32,000 bases of DNA from Tannockella kyphosi (GCF_021054785.1 NZ_CP088239.1:2100001-2132000), one strand, 5' to 3'; positions 1 through 8,277 are shown, counted from the stretch's first letter. Numbers and translations are program-made. The notes: a model not told the origin generated them from the letters alone.

Positions 1-589
1 AACAACCATTCAATTAGAACAAATAGAAGACATACTACAATTATCACCTTCTTCAACTAACATACAACCATGGCATTTTGTGGTTGCATCATCAAAAGAA
101 GGAAAACAAAGAGTAGCGAAATCAACAGAAGGATTCTTTGCATTTAATAAAGAGAAAATCTTAGATGCTGGAGCTGTCATCGTATTTGCATCAAAAGTAG
201 AATTAACTCAAGAGTACCTATTACATGTATTAGATAAAGAAGAACAAGATGGAAGGTTCCCACAACCAGAATTTAAAGCACAAAATCATGGTGGAAGAAG
301 TATATTTGCACGTATGCATCAATTAGATTATAAAGATTTCCAACATTGGGCAGATAAACAATTGTATCTTAACTTAGGAAACTTCTTACTAGGAGTTGCA
401 AGTTTAGGACTAGATGCTATTGCAATGGAAGGGGTAGATTTAAAAGCATTAGATGAAGAATTTGGATTACGTGAAAAAGGATATACATCATCATTTGTAG
501 TAGCTGTTGGATATCGCAAGGAAACAGATTTCAATAAAGATTTACCAAAATCTAGATTATCAAAAGATGAAATAATGGATCGTGTTTAA
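1..589 (+). CDS. Nitroreductase-family NAD(P)H oxidoreductase, 5' end outside the window
   Basis: The frame of nt 2 is open from the window edge. nt 2-79 translate to TTIQLEQIEDILQLSPSSTNIQPWHF, which carries the S-P-S-x-x-N-x-Q-P-W nitroreductase motif, so the GTG at 80 in the ORF track is internal. Stop TAA at 587-589. Confidence 0.8.
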   Translation, partial: TTIQLEQIEDILQLSPSSTNIQPWHFVVASSKEGKQRVAKSTEGFFAFNKEKILDAGAVIVFASKVELTQEYLLHVLDKEEQDGRFPQPEFKAQNHGGRSIFARMHQLDYKDFQHWADKQLYLNLGNFLLGVASLGLDAIAMEGVDLKALDEEFGLREKGYTSSFVVAVGYRKETDFNKDLPKSRLSKDEIMDRV

Positions 590-591
590 TT

Positions 592-1467
592 ATGCACTAC
601 ACAGGACAAGTTTATCGACATCCTATTGAAGCAGATACGCCTCTATTAGAAGTTACTGCCGGATGTTCTCACAACAAATGTTCTTTTTGTACCATGTATC
701 GAGAAACTCCTTTTCGAGTTTCTCCATGGAGTCATATAGAGGAAGACTTGTTAGAATTAAAGAATTCGAAACAAAAAGTAACTAGAATATTTTTAGTAAA
801 TGGGGAACCATTTATTTTATCTACAGAAAAATTAATGAAGATTGGTGAATTGATTCACCAATACTTACCTGAAGTGGAAACGATTACTTGCTATGCTTCC
901 ATAAAAAGTTTATTAAATAAATCATTGGAAGACTTAATAAAATTACGTGAATTAGGATATAATGATTTACATGTTGGATTAGAATCAGCATATAATCCGG
1001 CATTAAACCAAATGAATAAAGGATTTACAACGAAACAGGCTTACGAATCTTTAGAGAAATTAAAACAAGCTAATATCGATTGGGATGCAATTATTATGTT
1101 AGGGGTAGCAGGAAAAGGAAATGGGAAGGAACATATAGAACAAACAGCAAAGTTACTAAATAAATATCCTCCCTACTTGTTATCAATTATGACAACTTCA
1201 GTAAGTGAGGGTACCCCCTTAGAAAGAATGCGTGATAAGGGTGAGTTTATAGAATGTACGGAATTGGAGAAAATAGAGGAAGAAATATTATTACTTCAAC
1301 TAGTAGAATGTGATAATGCTTATTTTTTTGGAGGACATAATTATAATTTAATAGGTATTAATGCTCCTATGAGTAAAAAGGAAGAAATTATTGAATATCT
1401 TGAGGAACAAATCAAACATATGGATCATAGGTTATTAGATGGGATATTGCAAAGAGAAAGTATATAG
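592..1467 (+). CDS. Radical SAM domain protein (cluster motif CX4CX2C)
   Basis: N-terminal ...LLEVTAGCSHNKCSFCTMY... Cys codons lie at 664, 679 and 688 (tgt tct cac aac aaa tgt tct ttt tgt). The TIM-barrel-like body is typical of radical SAM enzymes. The ATG is 2 nt after the upstream stop. Confidence 0.8.
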   Translation: MHYTGQVYRHPIEADTPLLEVTAGCSHNKCSFCTMYRETPFRVSPWSHIEEDLLELKNSKQKVTRIFLVNGEPFILSTEKLMKIGELIHQYLPEVETITCYASIKSLLNKSLEDLIKLRELGYNDLHVGLESAYNPALNQMNKGFTTKQAYESLEKLKQANIDWDAIIMLGVAGKGNGKEHIEQTAKLLNKYPPYLLSIMTTSVSEGTPLERMRDKGEFIECTELEKIEEEILLLQLVECDNAYFFGGHNYNLIGINAPMSKKEEIIEYLEEQIKHMDHRLLDGILQRESI

Positions 1468-1476
1468 GAGACACAA

Positions 1477-2271
1477 ATGAAAAAGACTACATTGTTAACA
1501 GGAGCAACCGATGGAATTGGTTTAGAAGCTGCTAAAATGTTTGTACAAGATGGACATATCTTGTTATTACATGGTAGAAATAAAGAGAAATTAGAAAAAA
1601 CAAAAGAAACATTATTATCAATAAATAAAGAGGCACAAATATATTTATATCAAGCATATTTTTCATCTTTATCACAAGTAAAAAAGATGATAGAAGAAAT
1701 AAAAGAGAATCATACTACTATTGATGTGCTTATTAATAATGCTGGTATCTTTGTTGTAAAACCAGAAGATAGTTTTACACAAGATGGTTTAGATATCCGT
1801 TTTAGTGTGAATACAGTAGCACCATATTTAATAACTAGCGGGTTACTTTGTTTATTATGGGATGATAGTAGAGTCGTAAATTTATCTTCAGCCGCACAAG
1901 CTCCTCTAAATTATCAAGCACTGACGAACCCAAATGAGATTAGTGATAGTGAAGCATATGCTCAAAGTAAACTTGCAATTACTATGATGACAATGGCAAT
2001 GAGCGAACAATATCCAAATGGACCTACATTTATTGCAGTAAATCCTAAGTCATTTCTAGGTAGTAAAATGGTAAAAGAAGCATATGGACAGGAAGGATTT
2101 GATATCCAAATAGGTGCGGATATTATTTATAGAGCTAGTTTGTCTAGTGAGTTCCAAGGTGCAAGTGGGAAATATTATGACAATGATTATCAGATGTTTG
2201 ATGATCCTCATCGTTATGCAATGAATAAAGAAAATAGATTAAAATTGATGGAATATCTTCATCAGTTATAG
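1477..2271 (+). CDS. Short-chain dehydrogenase/reductase (SDR) family oxidoreductase
   Basis: TGATDGIG Rossmann motif, NNAG, and YAQSK (YxxxK catalytic motif). RBS aggagaca precedes the ATG, 9 nt after the radical SAM stop. Confidence 0.85.
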   Translation: MKKTTLLTGATDGIGLEAAKMFVQDGHILLLHGRNKEKLEKTKETLLSINKEAQIYLYQAYFSSLSQVKKMIEEIKENHTTIDVLINNAGIFVVKPEDSFTQDGLDIRFSVNTVAPYLITSGLLCLLWDDSRVVNLSSAAQAPLNYQALTNPNEISDSEAYAQSKLAITMMTMAMSEQYPNGPTFIAVNPKSFLGSKMVKEAYGQEGFDIQIGADIIYRASLSSEFQGASGKYYDNDYQMFDDPHRYAMNKENRLKLMEYLHQL

Positions 2272-2384
2272 TCTTTTTTTTATTATATTGATTTGGTCAT
2301 TTCCTGAGAAAAGATATATTCAAAGGGTGAGTGTAAGTTTATAGTTTATGATAGGCATAATTTTAATAGGAGATTATCTTATTT

Positions 2385-2418
2385 AAAAGACATAGGAAAA
2401 CAAATAATTGTCTTTTTT
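2385..2418 (+). terminator. Terminator-like hairpin in the SDR-folD spacer
   Basis: aaaagaca (2385-2392) pairs with tgtctttt (2409-2416) around a 16-nt loop, followed by a T-run to 2418. The stem is AT-rich and therefore weak. Confidence 0.35.
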
Positions 2419-2438
2419 CTTTCATTTATTCTATATTT

Positions 2439-2447
2439 TGTTATAAT
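2439..2447 (+). promoter_or_regulatory. Extended -10 promoter element for folD (TGtTATAAT)
   Basis: TG at 2439-2440 and TATAAT at 2442-2447, about 24 nt upstream of the folD ATG. RBS ggaggg follows. Confidence 0.4.
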
Positions 2448-2470
2448 AAGAAAATATTGGAGGGATAGTT

Positions 2471-3316
2471 ATGATTATTGATGGAAAGTTTATTGGCCAA
2501 GAGATTAAAGCTGATTTAAAGAACGAAATTTCTCACATAAGAGAAACATATACACGAGTACCTAAATTAGTAGTTATCCTTGTTGGTGATAACCAAGCAA
2601 GTATGACTTATGTTAAAAACAAGGAAAAAGGTTGTCAATATGTAGGAATGGATTCTGCTATTGTACGTATGGATGAAACAACTAGTGAAAGTGTATTAAT
2701 AGAGAAAATAGTCGAATTAAATAATCAAGAGGATGTAGACGGGATTTTGGTACAGTTACCTTTACCAAAACATATAAATGAAGATTTAGTATTAGAAGCG
2801 ATTGTTCCTTCTAAGGATGTAGATGGATTTCATCCAGATAATGTTGCTAAGTTATTTTTAGGAATGGATAGTTTAGTACCATGTACTCCTAAAGGAATGA
2901 TGGTTATGTTAGATACAATAGGTTGTGATTTAACAGGAAAACATGTTGTAGTAGTAGGACGTAGTAATATAGTTGGGAAACCAGTAGCTATGTTATGTTT
3001 ACAAAAAAATGCAACGGTAACAATGGCACATTCAAAAACAAAGAATTTAAAAGAAGTGTGCAAAAGTGCAGATGTTTTGATTCTTGCTGTTGGACGTGCA
3101 AAAATGTTTAATCATGAATATGTTGGTCAAAACGCTATTGTATTAGATGTTGGGATTAATCGTGATGAAAATAATAAATTATGTGGTGATGTAGATTTTG
3201 ATGATGTAGTAGATTGTTGTCAGGCGATTACACCAGTTCCTGGTGGGGTTGGTCCAATGACGATTACGATGTTATTAAAGAATACCGTGGAAGCATTTTA
3301 TTCTAGAAACAAGTAG
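2471..3316 (+). CDS. folD: Bifunctional methylenetetrahydrofolate dehydrogenase / methenyl-THF cyclohydrolase
   Basis: Full-length FolD pattern: YVKNKEKGC, DGILVQLPLP, VVVVGRSNIVGKPVAMLL and PVPGGVGPMTI. Confidence 0.95.
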   Translation: MIIDGKFIGQEIKADLKNEISHIRETYTRVPKLVVILVGDNQASMTYVKNKEKGCQYVGMDSAIVRMDETTSESVLIEKIVELNNQEDVDGILVQLPLPKHINEDLVLEAIVPSKDVDGFHPDNVAKLFLGMDSLVPCTPKGMMVMLDTIGCDLTGKHVVVVGRSNIVGKPVAMLCLQKNATVTMAHSKTKNLKEVCKSADVLILAVGRAKMFNHEYVGQNAIVLDVGINRDENNKLCGDVDFDDVVDCCQAITPVPGGVGPMTITMLLKNTVEAFYSRNK

Positions 3317-3324
3317 GTGATGAT

Positions 3325-3516
3325 ATGGAATATGGATTACATGATGTCGTAGAGATGAAAAAAGATCATCCATGTAAAAAATCAAAACAATGGGAGATTA
3401 TTCGTATGGGAGCGGATATTAAAGTACGTTGTTTAGGATGCGATGCTATCATTATGTTTACAAGAAGAGATTTTGAAAAAAGGTTAAAGAAAGTAGTAGA
3501 AAAAAATGCAAATTAG
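3325..3516 (+). CDS. DUF951-like small conserved protein
   Basis: 63 aa with HPC...CLGC cysteines and a basic C-terminus. Size and pattern match the small Firmicute protein usually found near ychF. Overlaps the next gene by 11 nt. Confidence 0.6.
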   Translation: MEYGLHDVVEMKKDHPCKKSKQWEIIRMGADIKVRCLGCDAIIMFTRRDFEKRLKKVVEKNAN

Positions 3517-3988
3517 AAAAATTGAAAAAAGAGATAATGAAATATTAGAATTAATTATTAAACAATGTTTAAAAGAGTATGATGGACAAAAAGAAGGATG
3601 TGCTTTTACAGATCCTTGTTTAGCTAATTTATATGAAGAATATTTATCATCAGATGGTAACTATTGGGTAGTAGAAGAATTAGGTGATGTGTTAGGCGGA
3701 TGTGGTATTGGACCAGTTCCTGGTAAAGCAGGAGTATGTGAGTTACAAAAAATGTATTTATTACCACAAGCAAGAGGAACAGGAATTGCTACAAAGTTAT
3801 TAGAAGTAGCGTTAACTTTTGCAAAAGTACAATATCAAACATGTTATATTGAAACGTTTAGTAATATGGTAGAAGCCAATGCATTTTATGCAAAAAATGG
3901 ATTTACTAGATTAGAACAACGTTTAGTAGACGGACCTCACTTTGCATGTGATGTTTGGTACATAAAAGAACTAAAAAACGAAGCTTAG
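3506..3988 (+). CDS. GNAT family N-acetyltransferase
   Basis: Acetyl-CoA motif A region LLPQARGTGIATKLLE, and a C-terminal NxxAxxFYxKxGF-like NAFYAKNGF. Confidence 0.8.
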   Translation: MQIRKIEKRDNEILELIIKQCLKEYDGQKEGCAFTDPCLANLYEEYLSSDGNYWVVEELGDVLGGCGIGPVPGKAGVCELQKMYLLPQARGTGIATKLLEVALTFAKVQYQTCYIETFSNMVEANAFYAKNGFTRLEQRLVDGPHFACDVWYIKELKNEA

Positions 3989-4000
3989 ACTTCGTTTTTT
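3974..4000. terminator. Bidirectional intrinsic terminator between convergent GNAT and PAP2 genes
   Basis: aaaaaacgaag / cttaga / cttcgtttttt. An A-run lies upstream and a T-run downstream, so it is symmetric for both strands. Confidence 0.6.
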
Positions 4001-4472
4001 AAATACAATAAATGATAAAAGAAAATAAGGCTCCTGCTAAAATATCACTAGGATAATGGATACCAACCATGAATCTAGAAAGACCAATACAAATAGTAAT
4101 AAAAAAAGCAGGAATCGAAAAGATTGCAGAGACACTATAAATAGTAAGACTAATAATAGTCGCACTAGCCATATGACGACTAGGAAAAGATTCTCCTTCT
4201 TTATGCATTACCAATGGGGTAATGCATAAGGTTTCATAAGGTCTTTTACGATTATATATTTTTCTAAATAAACCAGTACTAATAAATACGAAAACAGGCT
4301 TTAGAATACATTCTAATAGACTAGTAGAATGGATAGAGAATAGATAAATTAGTAAGATAACATACATTAGGGCAGTTAGCTTAGGAAAATATTTACAAAT
4401 AAATAGGACAATTTTCTTTAATTTAGGACGATTCTCTTGAAAAATAAGAATCTGTTGATATACTTTTTCCAT
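3999..4472 (-). CDS. PAP2-family lipid phosphate phosphatase (undecaprenyl-PP / phosphatidic acid phosphatase type)
   Basis: Multi-TM protein carrying the three PAP2 motifs NRKRPY, FPSRH and SRFMVGIHYPSD (SRx5Hx3D). Confidence 0.85.
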   Translation of the reverse strand: MEKVYQQILIFQENRPKLKKIVLFICKYFPKLTALMYVILLIYLFSIHSTSLLECILKPVFVFISTGLFRKIYNRKRPYETLCITPLVMHKEGESFPSRHMASATIISLTIYSVSAIFSIPAFFITICIGLSRFMVGIHYPSDILAGALFSFIIYCI

Positions 4473-4486
4473 AGTTAACTCCTTTA

Positions 4487-4505
4487 TTGATATCTATGAT
4501 ATCAA
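4487..4505. promoter_or_regulatory. Perfect 8-3-8 palindrome TTGATATC-TAT-GATATCAA in the PAP2/ychF divergent region
   Basis: Read directly from the sequence. It lies immediately upstream of the PAP2 RBS (AAGGAG on the - strand, 4480-4485). Confidence 0.3.
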
Positions 4506-4530
4506 ATACATATCTAAAAACAATAGTTTG

Positions 4531-4559
4531 TTGCTTTTTTTATTAATTTTATATAGAAT
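4531..4559 (+). promoter_or_regulatory. Sigma-A-like promoter for ychF
   Basis: TTGCTT (4531-4536), a 17-nt spacer, then TAGAAT (4554-4559). RBS aaaggag lies upstream of the ATG at 4588. Confidence 0.4.
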
Positions 4560-4587
4560 ATAGGAGATAAAAAAGGAGTGAACGTAA

Positions 4588-5688
4588 ATGGCATTAACAG
4601 CAGGAATTGTCGGCTTACCAAATGTAGGAAAATCTACTTTATTTAATGCAATAACAAATGCACAAGTAGAAGCAGCAAATTATCCATTTGCTACTATTGA
4701 TCCAAATGTTGGAGTCGTAGAAGTACCAGATTATAGATTAGAAAAACTAACAGAAATTGTAAATCCGAAAAAAACAGTACCAACAACTTTTGAATTTACA
4801 GATATTGCTGGATTAGTAAAAGGAGCATCAAGAGGAGAAGGACTAGGAAATAAATTCTTAGGGAATATCCGTGAAACAGATGCAATTTGTGAAGTAGTAA
4901 GATGTTTTAGAGACAATGATGTAACACATGTAGATGGTGATGTGGATCCTATTCGTGATATTGAAACAATTAATTTAGAATTAATTTTTGCTGATTTAGA
5001 ATCAGTAGAAAAAAGAATTGGTAGAATTGGTAAAAAAGCACAAGCTGGAGATAAAGAAGCGAAGTTAGAAGTAGAAATTTTAAATAAATTAAAAGGAACT
5101 TTAGAGTCTAATCAACCAGCAAGAGTGATTGAGTTTACAAAAGAAGAATTAGAACTTGTAAAACAATATACTTTATTAACAATGAAACCATTAATCTATG
5201 TAGCTAACTTAGGAGAAGAAGATTTAGAAGATCCAACTTCGAATCCTCATTTCAATAAAGTAGTTGAATTTGCTGCAAATGAAGGTAGTGATGTAGTACC
5301 TATTTGTGCAAAAATAGAAAGTGAATTAGTTGGATTAGAAAAAGAAGAGAAAGATATGTTCTTGCAAGACTTAGGGATTGAAGAAAGTGGTTTAGATAAA
5401 CTAATTCGTAAAGCCTATGATTTACTTGGATTATGTACTTACTTTACAGTAGGAGTACAAGAAGTACGTGCTTGGACATTCAAACAAGGAATGCTTGCTC
5501 CAGAGATGGCAGGAGTAATTCATAGTGATTTCCAAAAAGGATTTATAAAAGCTGAAACATATAGTTATGATGATATTATTGCCCTTGGTAGTGAAGGGGC
5601 GTTAAAAGAAGCTGGAAAAATCAGACAAGAAGGGAAACAGTATGTAGGAAAAGATGGAGACATCATGCTGTTTAGGTTTAATGTGTAA
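4588..5688 (+). CDS. ychF: Ribosome-binding redox-regulated ATPase YchF
   Basis: GIVGLPNVGKSTLFNA P-loop, a coiled-coil insert, and a C-terminal TGS-like domain ending ...GDIMLFRFNV. Confidence 0.95.
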   Translation: MALTAGIVGLPNVGKSTLFNAITNAQVEAANYPFATIDPNVGVVEVPDYRLEKLTEIVNPKKTVPTTFEFTDIAGLVKGASRGEGLGNKFLGNIRETDAICEVVRCFRDNDVTHVDGDVDPIRDIETINLELIFADLESVEKRIGRIGKKAQAGDKEAKLEVEILNKLKGTLESNQPARVIEFTKEELELVKQYTLLTMKPLIYVANLGEEDLEDPTSNPHFNKVVEFAANEGSDVVPICAKIESELVGLEKEEKDMFLQDLGIEESGLDKLIRKAYDLLGLCTYFTVGVQEVRAWTFKQGMLAPEMAGVIHSDFQKGFIKAETYSYDDIIALGSEGALKEAGKIRQEGKQYVGKDGDIMLFRFNV

Positions 5689-6458
5689 TGAAAGAAAACA
5701 TTAGAAAGATTATATTGGTTATTAGTGCTTGTGTATTTTTGTTTTCAGTAGGTAAGTTAGTACTTATTTATCTAGAATATAAAGAAATCGATGATAATGC
5801 AGAGGCAATTCGAGAGCTAGCAACAGTAGAAGTAGAAAATGAAACAGATGATCAAGAATCTTTCTATATGGTAGATTGGGACGCTTTGATAGAAGTGAAT
5901 AGTGATGTTGTAGGATGGATTCAAATTCCAGATACAAATATTGATTATCCAATTCTTTTAGGTGAAACAAATGATACATATATTCGTACAGATATTAATA
6001 TGAATTATTCAACAGCAGGATGTATTTTTATGGAAATGAGCAATGCTGGTGATTTTAGTGATGATAATACTATTTTATATGGACATAATATGGCCAATGA
6101 TTCGATGTTTGGAGACTTGCAAGAATATGTACAAGATAGTAGTTTTTATGAGGATCATTCTTTAGTTTATATTTATACACCGGATGGCCTAGTAAGTAGC
6201 TATCGCATTGTATCGGTACATTATATTGATGCAACTAGTTCTTTATATGCAACTACTATTAATGATGAAGCAGGATATCGTAGTTTAATGACGAATAGTA
6301 ATAAAATTTCATCTGTTCTTAGTGATTATGATTTAGATAATGTATTGATGTTATCTACTTGTGCTCCTTCTTCAATGGGAGAAACAACACGTGTAGTAGT
6401 ACATGCAGTATTAGAACAAGAAGGAATAGATCCTTTAGTAGATGTGACAGAAGAGTAG
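5688..6458 (+). CDS. srtB: Class B sortase
   Basis: N-terminal TM anchor, ILYGHNM, catalytic LMLSTCAP (TLxTC type), and a conserved Arg in TTRVVVHA. The start overlaps the ychF stop (TAATG). Confidence 0.75.
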   Translation: MKENIRKIILVISACVFLFSVGKLVLIYLEYKEIDDNAEAIRELATVEVENETDDQESFYMVDWDALIEVNSDVVGWIQIPDTNIDYPILLGETNDTYIRTDINMNYSTAGCIFMEMSNAGDFSDDNTILYGHNMANDSMFGDLQEYVQDSSFYEDHSLVYIYTPDGLVSSYRIVSVHYIDATSSLYATTINDEAGYRSLMTNSNKISSVLSDYDLDNVLMLSTCAPSSMGETTRVVVHAVLEQEGIDPLVDVTEE

Positions 6459-6535
6459 ACATCTATCAAAAAATGTAGTATGGTATATCAGTATTTTGTA
6501 GTGAGATCGAATTCTCACCAACAACTATAAGATAC

Positions 6536-6570
6536 AAAACACAACAAATCCTAGGTGTTGTGTTTTTTTA
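6536..6570 (+). terminator. Intrinsic terminator after srtB
   Basis: aacacaaca (6538-6546) pairs with tgttgtgtt (6556-6564), followed by a T7 run. Confidence 0.7.
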
Positions 6571-6583
6571 TCTTTTTATAAAA

Positions 6584-6612
6584 TTGAAAAAGTTAAGAAA
6601 ATATGCTATTCT
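6584..6612 (+). promoter_or_regulatory. Sigma-A-like promoter for the LCP gene
   Basis: TTGAAA (6584-6589), a 17-nt spacer, then TGcTATTCT (TG at 6604-6605, -10 at 6607-6612). Confidence 0.45.
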
Positions 6613-6643
6613 TGTAAAGGTAAGGGAAAACAAGGAGGATACT

Positions 6644-8134
6644 ATGAAAAAACTAATAAAGAAAATAACATCAATGAAAGTAGTTCTTTGTCTATTTTTA
6701 ATCTCAGCTAGTTTATTTATGTATTATGTATTTAGTCTACAAATATTAAATATGGAATATAACCTAGCAGTAGGTGCAGTCTTAGTTTTTATCCTTTTAA
6801 TTAGTTTACTAATTTATCGTAGTGGTTTAAAAAGAAGGCCTAATAAAAGCTCAAAAAGAATAACGATTGTAAAAGTAATGAATTTATTATTAAGTGTTCT
6901 ATTATTGTTTACTAGTTATTATTTATATAGAGGGAATCAGTTTATTGCGAATGTTACTGGAACAAGTGAAGAACTATATATTATTACTGTTTATGCTCTG
7001 CAAGGGAGTGCCCTTGAGGAAGTAGATGATTTATCTGATCAAATTACAGGAGTAAGTTATCAATATGATACAGAAACAATTACTAGTGCAGTTATTCATT
7101 TTGATGAAATAGTAGAAGATTTTGATTATGTTGCTTATGATGATTATATTTCTTTAACGACAGCATTGTATTCTTATGATGTGGATACAATCATGATTGG
7201 AGAAGAACATGAACAAGTAATTGAAGAAGTATATCCAGATTTCTTAGATGAAACCAAAGTAATTGCAACTTATGAACTAACAAGAGAAACAACAGTTACT
7301 ACGATACCAGTAGAAGTAACAGAGGAATCTTTTAATGTTTATATTACAGGAATAGATTCTTATGGTTCTATTGATACAGTATCAAGAAGTGATGTAAATA
7401 TCATTGCAACAATAAACCCAACAACCAAACAAATACTATTAACTAGTATTCCTCGTGATATGCAAATAACTCTTGCAACATCAGGACAAATGGATAAGTT
7501 AACACATGCAGCGATATATGGAGAAGATGAATCAATTGCTACATTAGAAAATTTCTTAGAAATAGAAATTAATTATTATGCGAAAACAAACTTTACGGGT
7601 ATTATTGATATCATTGATGCTTTGGGTGGTTTAGAAATAGATTCTCCTTATGGATTTACGTCAGCTGATGTAACAGGAAATGTAGTGATTGAAGAAGGAT
7701 ATAATTTATTAGATGGTACAGAAACATTAGCGTTTGTTCGTGAACGTTCTGCATTACCTAGTGGAGATTATGATCGTGCTCGTAATCAACAACTAGTAAT
7801 TGAAGCATTAGTAGATAAAGTATCTTCCGCAACAGTGATTACTGAATTTTCAAGTATTTTAGATGCAGTAGAAGATTCATTTAAAACAGATTTATCTAGT
7901 AATGAAATAAAAGCATTATTAAATATGCAATTAAGTGATATGGCGTCTTGGGAAATATATAGTGTTCAAGTATTAGGAGATAGCTATAAAACAGCATATA
8001 CATACTCTATGTGGGGAACAGAAATTTATGTAACTGAACCATATGAATATACCTTATCAGCAATTCAAGAATTAATTGATCGTGTTCAAAATGATGAATT
8101 AATAACAGAAGAAGATGTAGAAGGTTTACAATAA
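6644..8134 (+). CDS. LytR-CpsA-Psr (LCP) family cell-wall glycopolymer ligase
   Basis: The ATG at 6644 is preceded by caaggagg. The track start at 6560 lies inside the upstream terminator and promoter. N-terminal TM helices. LCP core NVYITGIDSYGSIDTVSRSDVNIIATINP...LTSIPRDMQI. Confidence 0.85.
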   Translation: MKKLIKKITSMKVVLCLFLISASLFMYYVFSLQILNMEYNLAVGAVLVFILLISLLIYRSGLKRRPNKSSKRITIVKVMNLLLSVLLLFTSYYLYRGNQFIANVTGTSEELYIITVYALQGSALEEVDDLSDQITGVSYQYDTETITSAVIHFDEIVEDFDYVAYDDYISLTTALYSYDVDTIMIGEEHEQVIEEVYPDFLDETKVIATYELTRETTVTTIPVEVTEESFNVYITGIDSYGSIDTVSRSDVNIIATINPTTKQILLTSIPRDMQITLATSGQMDKLTHAAIYGEDESIATLENFLEIEINYYAKTNFTGIIDIIDALGGLEIDSPYGFTSADVTGNVVIEEGYNLLDGTETLAFVRERSALPSGDYDRARNQQLVIEALVDKVSSATVITEFSSILDAVEDSFKTDLSSNEIKALLNMQLSDMASWEIYSVQVLGDSYKTAYTYSMWGTEIYVTEPYEYTLSAIQELIDRVQNDELITEEDVEGLQ

Positions 8135-8155
8135 AGGGATTCTTATCCCTTTTTT
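8133..8155 (+). terminator. Intrinsic terminator after the LCP gene
   Basis: aaagggat / tctt / atcccttt followed by a T-run. It overlaps the stop codon. Confidence 0.75.
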
Positions 8156-8164
8156 AGTTAGTTC

Positions 8165-8197
8165 ATATATAGTACAAGATAGACTTGTACTATATGT
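8165..8197. promoter_or_regulatory. Perfect 12-bp-arm palindrome/hairpin upstream of tsaC
   Basis: atatagtacaag (8167-8178), loop ataga, cttgtactatat (8184-8195). No T-run follows, so it is not a classical terminator. The core 9-mer ATAGTACAA recurs at 8256-8264, overlapping the predicted -10 and TSS. Confidence 0.4.
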
Positions 8198-8277
8198 AGG
8201 AATTGCTTATAAATAGGGCAAAAAATAGTGTAAATTTAATATACTTTATGATAGAATAGTACAAACGAGGTGAACGT

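Noticed and set aside
2272-2470. ZTP (pfl) or THF riboswitch upstream of folD
   Set aside because: These riboswitches commonly control folate and purine genes. This spacer has none of the GC-rich conserved cores (no CCGCCTGGG-like 3' element of ZTP and no THF-type conserved junction sequence), and it is extremely AT-rich.
328-5979. Antisense ORFs from the track inside the nitroreductase (328-534), folD (2830-3063), ychF (4731-4916) and srtB (5764-5979)
   Set aside because: Each lies wholly within, and opposite to, a confidently identified conserved gene. None has an RBS, and the translations are low-complexity, with no recognisable motif.
6560-6643. N-terminal extension of the LCP ORF as given in the track (start at 6560)
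   Set aside because: The extension begins inside the srtB terminator T-run and covers a good -35/-10 promoter. The ATG at 6644 has a strong caaggagg RBS and begins a normal MKK...TM anchor.
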